DNA of 43,870 nt. Source: Macrostomum lignano. Taxonomy: Eukaryota. Positions within the stretch are counted from its first letter, which is position 1. The number at the start of each line of letters is the position of its first letter. The stretch spans positions 1-43,870 of the forward strand of contig NIVC01002828.1 of NCBI GenBank assembly GCA_002269645.1, in the 5' to 3' direction. The notes below the pieces were generated by a model that searched no databases, was not told the origin of the DNA, and saw only the letters and a program-made list of their open reading frames with translations. A program made the position numbers and the translations under genes. Shown here one piece after another: positions 23,213-34,070 of this stretch.

Positions 23213-23449
23213 TATTCATATATATATAGCATGATGCAAGTCTTGTAGTGCCCGCAATTTCAAACATTAGGTCTAGTTGTCCCACAATTGTGCGGGCCGC
23301 AATGACTTGTCAACTTGTTTTATCACTTGTCAACAGCGAATTTGAATTTGAAAAGGAAAAATAATCCTTTTTGAATCATTTAGGAATAGGAACATTTTTT
23401 GGTAAAAATAGAAGCTGAGTCGCACATCATCCTTTTCAAGCACGGCGAT

Positions 23450-24400
23450 TGGTTTCTCCGTGATAGTTAATGGTGTAACAGCTACAGCCGACGGTACAAC
23501 GGTTACGGCTTTTTTGATGAGGAATCACCATCCGACAGGAAATATCCATTTAGAGCGATGCAAAGAGATTCGGAAATGTTTTGCTTCCGCTTCTCAGAAA
23601 TTCTTCTGCCATAGCGCTTCACAGATGCCCTGTGAAATGGTGATAAATTTGAAAATCTATCTATGTACCTTGAGATGAGATAATTCTAATATATGCATAA
23701 CAATACGACGATTTGATCTCCTGCAGACTGTGTCCGGCTTCCGTTAGGTAGTTACGACTGTTGCGCGAATTGAAACTGCAGACCAGCACGTTTTGAGATG
23801 GTCTTCATCATGTCAAATATTGTGTTTTTTTCCATGAACCTGCTTGGGTGAATACCAAATAGCACAATCAGGCCTGACCTTAATTGGCTTCGGAAACAAA
23901 ACATCAATTCCTGGTGGAAGCTTTAAGAGGTACAGGTCCACCGCTTCCACTGCACAATTCGGGCTTTGGTTGCTGAATATTCTAATCTACTTGCTTGTCG
24001 TGCACTTGCCACGGTCCTCGGCAGTGATAGTCTTCTCTGGACCAGCTTGGATCATATCAATACACCTTGTACCATTGATCACTGAAAACTTTAGTGACAA
24101 CACCTTCATGCCCCTAATCCATTCACGACCTCGAAATCCGAAATGATAGACAATATTAAAGAATACTTCATCCTGAAGCCGCACTGGATCCCGTCGATTG
24201 AAGTATTGCTTATGAAGAGTCATGTTCAACTCCGTGATCGCTTTGAATCCAGGTTGCTCGCCCGAAGTTCGTTCTCTTAGCTGGCAACTGACTCTTAGCA
24301 CGCAGCAATAGGTTTCATCACTCAGCCTGAATTCTTCGTTGCCAATGACATCAATGGCGCGTGTCTCCTTTACAAATCAGTGAATGCTAGCCTGAAAGCT
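23450..24400 (-). pseudogene. Crypton recombinase 3, multiply frameshifted
   Basis: IDVIGNEEF, RLQDEVFFNIVYHFGFRGRE, WYSPKQVHGKN, RATVVT, SVKRYGRRISEKRKQNISESL. Confidence 0.85.
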
Positions 24401-25240
24401 ACGAATCGTATCTGGTGCATGGGCTCCACGCGAAGTCTCTGGACCTTTGGCTGACATCGCGCAGCACCCTGGCAGTCTGGCTGAAGCCTTTGATGAACGG
24501 ACGGTAAAATCCTAGCATCCCGAAAAAACGTTTCACGTCCTCTGCTATCGCTGGACTGGGCATGTTGTGGATAGCATCGATCTTTCCAGGATCAGGCGCG
24601 ATGCCCTGCTCGCTAACCAGGTGTCCGAGGTACAGCACTTGGCGGTGTGCGAAGGCGCTTTTCGCTCGATGCAGCTTGAGCCCCGCGTCTCGCAGCCGCT
24701 GGAAGACCTGCGTCAGCTTCATCAGGTGTTCGTCAAACGTCCTGCTGAAGACAATGATGTCGTCGATGTAGGTCAGCACCGCCTCCCAGGACAGACCGGA
24801 AATCACCAACTCCATGAGCCGCTGGAACGTCGCCGGGGCGTTGCACATCCCAAAGCCCATCTTACAGAACTGCATCAGACTGCGAGTCGAGTAGAATGCT
24901 GTCTTGTGCCGGTCCTCCTCCACAACTTCCACCTGGTGGTAGCCTTGCCGGCAGTCAATAGTGGAGAACCCAAAGCACCCGACGAGCGCGTCCATGGCCT
25001 GCTGCTGTTGCAGGTGCGGCAGCGGGTACGCGTCCTTGACCGTGCAGGCGTTCAGCTGCCGCCAGTCCGTGCAGACCCTGATGTCGCCGTTCTTCTTGCG
25101 CACCACCAGCACAGTAAAGTTGTGCCGCACTCGGATATCCTTGCCGACTGAAACTTCTGCCGCCGTCAGGCCAAGACAGCTCAGCCTGGAGCCGTCCACG
25201 GAGATCGGCAAGGCGAGTTCTGCAGTTCAACCTAGCTAGG
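24399..25240 (-). pseudogene. Ty3/Gypsy pol fragment: protease tail joined to an open reverse transcriptase domain
   Basis: VRKKNGDIRVCTDWRQLN, DAYPLP, GYHQV, KTAF, FGMCNAPATFQRLM, YIDDIIVFS, YLGH. No LTRs. Confidence 0.92.
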
Positions 25241-25259
25241 ATCCAGTAACGCATTCATG

Positions 25260-25830
25260 TTGGTGGCTAGATCTGCCCTGATGGTTGCCTTCCATGCTGA
25301 AATTGCGTATTCGGCTGGCGTGAGAAACGGGCTGTTGGAGGCAAGCGCCTCATTTCGACGACGCCAGGTAGTTCTTGGTCTTCCCCGTCATTTTGATTGC
25401 TCACATTGTCAAACACTATATAGGCCGGCTCGTTGATATCTTGCTGCATGTTTCCAATTAAAATGTTTAGGAACTCAGCAAACCGTTCTTTCATTATGCC
25501 GGTCGGGTAGCTTTGGAAGTGAATTGCTCCGACGGCCGAAGAAATTGCATTGCAGACTGTCAACCACGATCCCTTCGATCCAGTGACACGTCGATAGGCC
25601 CTTGACTTGCTGAGCTCTGCTAAATAATCTTATCGTTCAGCACTCGAAACCGAACTCATCTACATAGACCCTAGGGCGATTCATGACCTCAGTGGAACAC
25701 CACCACTCGCAGTAGGCTCAATGCTGCGGGAGATTCTCTGATGAGTTCCGCTTCACAGGCAAGTTTCTAACCAACTTTGTTGTGTAGAGTTCAGCCCGTC
25801 GAGATGACGACTAATGGTTGTAGCAGGGAC
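25260..25830 (-). pseudogene. IS630/Tc1-like DDE transposase remnant
   Basis: ISRHLDG..TTKLVR, VYVDEFGF, KERFAEFL, IVFDNVS, RRLP. Homologous to 29425-30006. Confidence 0.75.
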
Positions 25831-26405
25831 AGCTAGAAAAGGGAGACGGGAAATGCCTCAATTCATGCAGAAAAAAATTGAATGCTTGATTCATTTCTAC
25901 GTGCCTATGACTTTTTAGTGCTTTTCTTGTGGGCTATAAAATGCCCTCGCGAATGCGAAAGTGTTGTTTAGGAAAATGGAAACACTTGCAGACTGACAAG
26001 GGAACGGGCTATCTTTCTGTAAAGTCTTATTCAAAGGAACCTCTGTATATATTGAACAGGAGATACAATACAAATACCGTATTGTTATTACAACACGTGA
26101 AGCAAAATGTGTTGGTTTTTTGGAAATTGAGTCCCAGTCCTTATTAGTTATTTTGAGTAGCAGCCTTTAGCTAATCTCAACAGACAATCAGTGTTCTTTC
26201 ATAATATTTCGTGGCTCTTTTAGTTAAAGACCATAGCTCGTACTGTACGAAATTTCCATAGATATTTGCGGCTCCGCGGTTGACGACTCGTAACTAAAGT
26301 GCATTTTAAATAAATTAAAGTTCATCATAATGCTAAGAAAAAGGATGCAACAAAATAATTTAAACAAGAAAGCTCAACGACTACATAGTATTTATGTACA
26401 TAGTA

Positions 26406-27074
26406 TTGGTGTTTGCATGCTAAGTGAGACATTTTTCAAGCAATCTGAGACTGAATAGCAAAAACACTATTGTCTATGGCCACCCCTCGCTGCAGCCCAG
26501 CTTTTTGGGCGCGCCTTGCAAGTAAAGTGAGACATTTTTTCAAGCTAAGTGAGAGCCATATTGAAAACAAAGGGGTGGTTTTACGAAATTACAAAATGAT
26601 GTACTGTCGGAAACTATATATTTAGAAAAGGATACGCAGGAACACAACAAAACAAGCGGTTCAAAAATTGTTGATAATGTTCCGCATTTCAGCATCCATT
26701 TTGTTGACCCCGGCTTGCGGCCACCGCGTTGCAACGCATGGAATTCACCAGTAGCTGCGTAGCGACTCCATATCCGATAGGCCGTCTTCTTGTTCAGATT
26801 AAGGATTTTGGACGCAGTCGAAATTGAGTAACGATCTTCGACGGCATTGACCAGGCGCTCCCTATCCTCGTTGCTTGTTAAACGCAGTTGATTTGCCATA
26901 GCCCAGCCTTTGTTTTCAATATGGTTCTCACTTAGCTTTAAAAAATTTCTCACTTTGCTTGCAAGGCGATCCCAAAAAGCTGGGCTGCAGCGAGGGGTGG
27001 CCATAGACAAAAGTGTTTTTGCTATTCAGTCTCAGATTGCTTGAAAAATGTCTCACTTAGCATGCAAAAACCAA
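26406..27074 (-). mobile_element. IS630/Tc1-like non-autonomous element with about 165-bp TIRs and an HTH stub
   Basis: TA at 26404-05 and 27075-76. TIR starts TTGGT(G/T)TTTGCATGCTAAGTGAGAC. Stub MANQLRLTSNEDRERLVNAV...TAYRIW...RGGRK. Confidence 0.85.
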
Positions 27075-27600
27075 TATTTCGAGCACAAGTGCTACGCATT
27101 CAACTACACCTTAACTGTATTCCAAATGCAGTACTTGTGCAGACTCTAAGTCCTACACCTTTTTGCATTCAATTTCAACCAAAGTCGCATTCAATTTCAG
27201 CAAGTTGGCACTCAAAATCGGCAATCTAAATTTAGCCGACCAAATCTTCATTCAATTTAAGCATGCTCGCATTCCATCTCAGCGAACCACATTCAGTTTC
27301 GGCAATCTGCATTCAATTTAATTTTGTCTCAAACCAAAGAATACTGGGCTAAAACATCAGGGACGATGAGCCAGTAAGTGCCATAGAAAAAAATCAAGAA
27401 AACAAAAGCAGCATTCAACCAAATTATACTGAGCAAATAATACTGAGCGTTTGCACAAGACTATTCTTTTCTTAAACTTTTGACTGAACTCTAACGTTAC
27501 TTGTCCTTGTATTCCAACGGAAAAGATGTCTTATTTCCACCCGTTTTGCCGGGCAGAAATGTCATAGAAATCATCAATCCTTTGCTTGTAGACAACTGAA

Positions 27601-28901
27601 CCATAGACAGCGGGTATATTTTTAGAACGGCAAGGTAAAGATAAAGATAAAGATAATCCTTAACGTACGAACAACATGAACAGTGCGTAGAGTATTTGGA
27701 GTGAATAAATTTTTGTGAAATATGTATAACGCGCCCTTAGTCAAGAAACCTTGGTCAGCAAGACTTCTTGATGACTAGGTCAGTCACTTGTAGTAGAAGT
27801 TGAAGGTACAGTTATGAAAGGGCCCGACCAGCTGCTGCAACTGGCTTGTCCCGCCTCGTGCTGTGGCCTCTGACCCGATTGGTGCCGGCAGGGTAGAAGA
27901 GACTGTCATAGCCGTAGTCGTAGCGTCGTCGTTGACGTGAGCACTGCGATTCACTGAATGAAGGCTTTCACTGAGACAGCTAGACAGCTTCTGCTTTTTC
28001 TCTGCACTGATTCTATTAGTATAACGATGCACTGATTCAGCTCGCTTGTGTCCTGTCACTGCCTGTATATCTTGAACGCTGACACCTTTCTCCATCAATT
28101 ATGTAACCACTGTAGGTCTAATGCAGTGGTTTGTATACGAGCTACTTCGTAGATAGTTCTGCACGCGCATAAATGCTTGCCATCATTTTGTTGAGGTGTG
28201 TTCTTGCCGAGTACTTGTGTAATACTGTACCACTTTCCTGAGAAAAATTTGGCCAAAAGCCTCGAAAAAAGTGTCTTGCAGTCTGGTGGCACAAGCGACA
28301 GATACTGGCGAACAGCAGCAACGGGACGAATAGCCTTATCGTCGGTAGCGTGCAGTTTGATCTGCTTATTACTAGTCGGATTATCACCACTTGTCGTTTT
28401 CTCTTTGCCGGTCATCTTGAGAGCGATGCTCCTGAATACCACCGATCTCAGTATCATTGAATTCACTACTTCACGATACTCATGCTCAGCCGTTAGTTCA
28501 GCTCCGCGATGAACAAGCTCTTCCAGCAAAGTGTCCAACTCAGGATCCAAAGCGTAGCTGCTTCCAACACCAGGAACAGGTAGTCCTGTCCATTGGTCAA
28601 CTAGTCTGCCAGCAAAGAAAGTTAAAAAGTCCATCTCTTTGCGAAGCAGGCCACTGATATCACCACCTTGAATACAATTCAGATCGAGTAGAGATACGAT
28701 GTTATTTAGCTTCAGACAAGCTCTGCAGTGAAATACTGAAACTTAAACGCACAGAGGTTGCCTCTTTCATTCAACTCTCAAATTCGCTTTTGGCCTTAGA
28801 CTATTTTTCATGTAGCGGGCCGAGAAATGAGTCTCGCGTCCCTTTCACTCTGGGTTCAATGAATTTAAGCTCTCGGGCAGAGAAATGACGTTTCCATAGA
28901 C
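27601..28901 (-). mobile_element. Crypton-type element 2 (1.3 kb)
   Basis: YR pseudogene bounded by direct CCATAGAC at 27601-27608 and 28894-28901. Confidence 0.6.
27784..28660 (-). pseudogene. Crypton tyrosine recombinase 2 (frameshifts, stop)
   Basis: DISGL..QWTGL, HRGAE, WYSITQVLGKN, shifted YTNHCIRPTVVT, VTGHKRAESVHRY, FHNCTFNF. Confidence 0.85.
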
Positions 28902-30377
28902 CCCCTTGCAAAGCGGGTGGGAATAGCGCGAAGCGGTCCTCGGATTTCCCTCTTTCTGCACGAAAAGGGTCTATGGTATAGGTATATTATTAAATGACTT
29001 CCTTAATAAATTTTGTTTATGGTCAAAAAGTAAGTGCCCGAGGAATCAAGATTTCAGCTTCACTTTTTGAACGACACTGGCATTCTATATATTGGCTCAG
29101 TATTCTTTGTCTCAAACTTGTCTGCTCGTCTATGGGTAAACTTTATTGACGTGTGCAGATTTTGCACTCAATTTCGGCAATCTGCATTCAAATTCAGAAA
29201 ATTTTTATTTATTAAACGTAAAACGAACCAAATGTCGTCCAATACATGTACAGTGTCATAGGGAACAAAAGCGGAAAATCAAAGTCACGTCAAGTGTGGC
29301 CCTTCAGTCCTCAATGATGTGCATCCTGGCCAGGCATCTCGGTACAAAGCTGAAGCAGTATTGTACCACTGGAGACACTTGTCCTGAGTGACGCTGTCGT
29401 TCACTGTTAGATCGGTGAAGCGCATCAGCTCGTCCCTTCGATATTTAGCCAGTGTACGCCCAGCGCGAGCTTCGTCGGATGGATTGATGAAAACGGATGG
29501 CTGTATCTAGGGAGTCGACGGAACTCAGCCAGCCCCACAACCTCTTGTAATTCAGCGTCATTATGGCTGCTGACATGATCAAAAATAGGGTATGCAAGTT
29601 GGTGCGGCGAGGCCATTTGAGCGCTACCCATCAAAATTTGCAGAAATTCAGCGAATCTCTCCTTTGTCATGCCACAAGTATACGCTTGATAGTGGATCAG
29701 ACCAATCTGAGGGGAAACAGCGACGCAGATGGTGATGCGAGTGCCCTTTTTGGCTGGAAACGGTTCTGTTATTCTGTAGGCCGGTTGACCGCGGAGCGAC
29801 CTACCCTGTTGACGTCGCATCAAGGTGTCGAATGCGAATTTATCGATGAACACCTTGGGAGCATTGATAACATCGGCCGAGCACCACCAGTTACAATAAG
29901 CTTCACGCTCTGCTAGGACTGCCGAGGAATCGAGTTCTGAGGACACGTCTCGAACAAGTTTGATAGTGTACGCATGGCCCTCCAGTTTTCGGCTTAGTGT
30001 AGTCATCGAAACAGCTGGGGGGGGATCTTTCTCGAAACTATTGTAAGTTCTATGGTAAGTGCAGGCGTAAGTCAGAACTTTGCGCTTGGCGTAAGACGGG
30101 TCGTAAAGCTGTTTCTCGAAGCTAACCTAGAGTTCTCGCAATTTACGCAGTTCGCAAGTTATCGCGAAGCGAAAAAATGTTGTCTATGGCCGAAGTGGGC
30201 AACGATTCTAATGGTTTTTGTCTGCTTCAGTATATACTAGCAATTAGACTATAGAATTCGATTTAGTTATATAGATTCTTTTTGTACATATTGATGCTTA
30301 ACATTAATTTCAAAGTCAATAAAAGGACTTCTTTCGGCACTCTTCTCCGGCTAACGAGGACTAACGAGTATGCTAAA

Positions 30378-31436
30378 ATGGATTTTCTGCTTGTGACTGC
30401 GCTGCTCAGGCAAACCGCCGACCGTGCACTGGGACGATATCGTCAACTTCGGGATCATACCGACCCCTTGTGCATGCGCGATACCGAATTAGTTGACCGT
30501 TACCGCTTTCCGCGTGTCGTAATTTTGGACATCGTATCACTTGTACGAGAAGATATTCAGCGACCAACGAGGAGAAGCAACGCCATGACTCCCATTTTGA
30601 TGGTGTGTATTGCTCTGCGATTCTTTGCTAGTGGTGCATTTCTTCGGATCATGGGGGACACATGTAACACCGGAATTACTTCCGCCTCTCGTGCTGTTGG
30701 CATAGTTTCTGCAGTGCTGGCAAGCCACCTCACGGAGTTTGTTAGTTTTCCAAGAAGCCACGCTGAACTGAACCATACAATAGCTGGTTTCCATTCAATA
30801 GCAGGATTAACGCACGTCATTGGTGCCATTGACTGTACTCATTTCGCCATCAAGAGGCCTAAAAATAACGAGCACGTGTTTGTGAACAGAAAATCGTTTC
30901 ACTCAATCAATGTGCAGGCCGTGTGTAACGCATCAATGTTATTCACTAATGTTGTGATTCGCTGGCCCGGTAGTACGCACGATTCATTTATATTCAGCAA
31001 CTCGGCATTGAAAGAAATTCTATCAGAAGGGCGAGTGGTTGGAGTCCTCGTTGGAGACAGTGGCTATCCGCTAAGGCCGTACCTTATGAAAGTATTCGAC
31101 ACCCCCAGAGACGCACGAGAGACAGATTTCAATCGGCGGCTACGACAAACTCGAGTGAAAATATAATGTTCCTTTGGGATTCTGAAGTCACGTTTTCAAT
31201 GTTTGAATCGCCATTCTGCTAGTCTCCGATTCACTCCCAGCAAATGCTGCAAAGTAATGAGCGCATGTATTGTGCTGCACAACATTGCAACGAGCAGGGG
31301 TGTTCCTTTAAATGTGCCTATCCAGCATCACCCGAATGATGACACGGACGATGTTGTTGTTGACGATGAAATTTGAGCTGGAAGAGCGGAGAGAATTCGC
31401 ATCATGAATGCAATACAGGCAAATCTTCATGCCTAA
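30378..31436 (+). pseudogene. Harbinger transposase with TAA replacing the catalytic Glu codon (31164-66) and a late TGA
   Basis: DRYRFPR, IALRFFASG, IGAIDCTH, RKSFHSINVQAVC, RWPGSTHDSFI, LVGDSGYP, RVKI*CSFGILKSRF, CIVLHN. Confidence 0.92.
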
Positions 31437-31672
31437 CTAATCAGACAACTGACTTAATGACGATACGTTTATTACAGTGCTCTTTACAGCTTCCTCCACT
31501 CGTTCTGCTGTTTGTAATTCTTTAAACGTGTATATTTCAAACTTGTTACATCCTAACTGTTTATTATATGAAACAGCTGAAATAAACAGTAAAAAACTTT
31601 AAACAGTTAAGTAACGATAGAAATGTTTGTCCAAAAGGGCACCCAAATTGTAGTCCATGTTCCGCTGTAGTA

Positions 31673-32386
31673 CTACATATTCCTTGTTTCAATAGCCAAA
31701 CGCGCTCTCTCGATTGCCAGTCGCTCACGCTCTACAGCCAGCCGCTCTTTCTCCACTGTCAGACGCTCCTTCTCGACCTGCATTCTCTGCTGTTCACACC
31801 TGTAAATGCCTTCCATGTCGCGAGAGCATTCTCGAACTCTCTTTGGTGCACTTGCAGCCGCGAGGTCAGGTGGGTTTTTGACCGGGCTAGAGCGTCGAAC
31901 AGGAAAGTCGTTCAGCAGATTGTCTTTCGCCATCTTCGCGGCCGCGAGGTCAGGTGGGTCATTGACCGGGCTAGAGCGTCGAACCGGAGAGTCGTTCAGC
32001 ATTGATTCGTATCCACCAGAGACTCCAGAGATGCTCTCTGGGGCCATCATTGCAGCTGCATTCTGCTCAAGTGGAGTCAGCTCTGAAACTGTGGGTGGTC
32101 CACCGCCAGTAGCCACTTTGTCTTTCCGTACTAGGGCTGTCTTTGCTTTGACGTTGGACTTCACGTCGCACCACTTCTTCCTACATTCTTCGCCTGTACG
32201 TTTATTTCCTCCGATCACATTCACACGAGCTGCGATGGTCTCCCAACAGGCCTTCTTTCTCCTCTGCATCTCAACCTTTTGATCCTTTGAGTTAACAATG
32301 TCCAAGTATTTGTTGACATAGCTAAGTAATTTTTCTATTTCACCGGACGAAAAGTTGGGCTGCCTCTTGGATGGGTTAGACGACAT
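31673..32386 (-). CDS. Harbinger Myb/SANT-like DNA-binding protein, intact, 237 aa
   Basis: RQPNFSSGEIEKLL...KKACWETIAARVN...RTGEECRKKWCDVK...TGGGPP, coiled-coil tail. 84-bp (28-aa) internal duplication. Confidence 0.9.
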   Translation of the reverse strand: MSSNPSKRQPNFSSGEIEKLLSYVNKYLDIVNSKDQKVEMQRRKKACWETIAARVNVIGGNKRTGEECRKKWCDVKSNVKAKTALVRKDKVATGGGPPTVSELTPLEQNAAAMMAPESISGVSGGYESMLNDSPVRRSSPVNDPPDLAAAKMAKDNLLNDFPVRRSSPVKNPPDLAAASAPKRVRECSRDMEGIYRCEQQRMQVEKERLTVEKERLAVERERLAIERARLAIETRNM

Positions 32387-32979
32387 GTTCAATAGTGTCT
32401 TGGCTAAAGTTGAACTTGATTTGGCTTGACTAAAGCTTCACGTGCTATGCGATTAGTGCTTTATGTGCGTCTTACGACTGATACCGAGCAGTCGTAGGGT
32501 TAAGATCAACCTTACGAAAGACCATTAGACATACGAACGTTTCGAGAAACAGTCTTTTGCGCAAAGTTACGAACTCGTAAAGTTGCGATCAATCTTACGC
32601 ATAGCTAACTTGCGAGCCCTTCGAGCAACCCGCAAGTGTAGCTTACCCAACTTACGTCTATGGCCGATCGTAAGTTGCTTTCGAGAAAGACCCCCCTGGT
32701 TTGTCCGGAAATCTTATGCGCAGTCGATCATTGATTCCTTTTAGCGTCAGAACAGGATTGTTTTCCAGTAGTTCAGTACAATGCTGCAGCATCTCCTCAT
32801 CAAACTTCGAGTACCGCCTTGCGCCCTTGGGTCGTTTATATCGGCGGCCTGATCGAACTATTGAATAGGCGGTGGCTCTCTTGATTTTCATGAGCTCGAT
32901 AAAACGAGACCGATACTTAAGGGAACTGAGAAACAAATGCTGCCGCTCGCACCGGGATTAGGCACCGAGGCCTCTGGGC

Positions 32980-33352
32980 TCAGAGGTGGGTCTTCCTTCG
33001 CTTAGGCTCCTCGGTAAAAGCCTCGGCATAGGCCGTGGCCATCTGCCTGATGTGTTCCACGGACACACCCATCTGCTGCAGGAGCTCAATGCCTTCTCGT
33101 GTCATGGCTCCGCTCTTTCCTTCTCCCACATCAGTCAGGAGGTCGATGTCGTCTGCATCCAGCATCATACCGGCGTGGCGCTTCGAGGCGAAGTTAGCGT
33201 TCAGCTGGCCTCGCTTGACGGCGGCCGCTCGCACCACGGCGGTAAGGTTGGGAAAGATGCTCTGGTGCAGACGAGGCGTATGGTCCTCGACCTTCTTCTT
33301 CTGACTCAATTTCTTCGTCACCTTGTTCTTCAATGATCTCATCGTCACTCAT
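32980..33352 (-). CDS. Uncharacterised ORF upstream of the IS630-like transposase, inside the TIRs
   Basis: GC3-rich open frame of about 120 aa ending PKRRKTHL. An overlapping frame starts with acidic MSDDEIIEEQGDEEIESEEEG. No family recognised. Confidence 0.5.
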
Positions 33353-34070
33353 ATCTATGCTCGATATCTACACTTGCAGTCGAAAAAAACAGAAAGCTGG
33401 GGTGAAATGAAATGAAAGGATCGACAAAGCCTCTTTGGATGTAAACTGTACATGAAATTGAACATTCGTCTGTGGTTGAAATCGAATGTGTTTCGCTGAG
33501 TTTGAATGCAGATTGCCGAAATTGAGTGAAAAGTCTGCACGCGTCAATAAATTTACCCATAGACAAGCAGACAAGTTTGAGACAGAATTAAATTGAATGC
33601 AGATTGCCGAAATTGAATGTGGTTCGCTGAGATGGAATGCGAGCATCCTTAAATTGAATGAAGATTTGGTCGGCTAAATTTAGATTGCCGATTTTGAATG
33701 CCAACTTGCTGAAATTGAATGCGACTTTGGTTGAAATTGAATGCAAAAAGGTGTAGGACTTAGAGTCTGCACAAGTACTGCATTTGAAATACAGTTAAGG
33801 TGTAGTTGAATGCGTAGCACTTGTGCACGAAATATTATGTACATACTGTGCAATTGTTTCTGGATATGCGCTTTGTTCCTTCGCGCGCTATTGCTTGCTG
33901 ATAAGTGCACAGGTTTTTGCGTGTTCAAATACACCAAAATGCAGCACTTGTGCAGAATCTAAGAAATCCCTCTCTTCTGTCTTGATTCCCTTCTTAGATT
34001 GGCGCTGTCGAAATTGAGTGCAGTTTGCCGAAATTGAATGCAGTTTTATCAAAATAGAACACAATAAGGT

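Larger units (their letters stand above)
27335..29109. mobile_element. Non-autonomous P/hAT-like element hosting Crypton 2
   Basis: TIRs CAAAGAATACTG / CAGTATTCTTTG. Perfect 8-bp TSD TCTCAAAC at 27327-27334 and 29110-29117. Confidence 0.88.
30018..32695. mobile_element. Full-length two-gene PIF/Harbinger element
   Basis: TIRs GGGG..TCTTTCTCGAAA. CTG TSD at 30015-17 and 32696-98. Inserted inside the IS630-like transposase. Confidence 0.93.
27077..33832 (-). mobile_element. IS630/Tc1-like element with about 340-bp TIRs (about 2.3 kb net), interrupted by two large insertions
   Basis: TA flanks at 27075-76 and 33833-34. Left TIR 27077-27334 plus 29110-29210 mirrors 33495-33832. Transposase halves 32699-32960 and 29330-30014 rejoin in frame (FPDKP-AVSMTTLSRK) when the Harbinger is removed. 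Confidence 0.85.
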
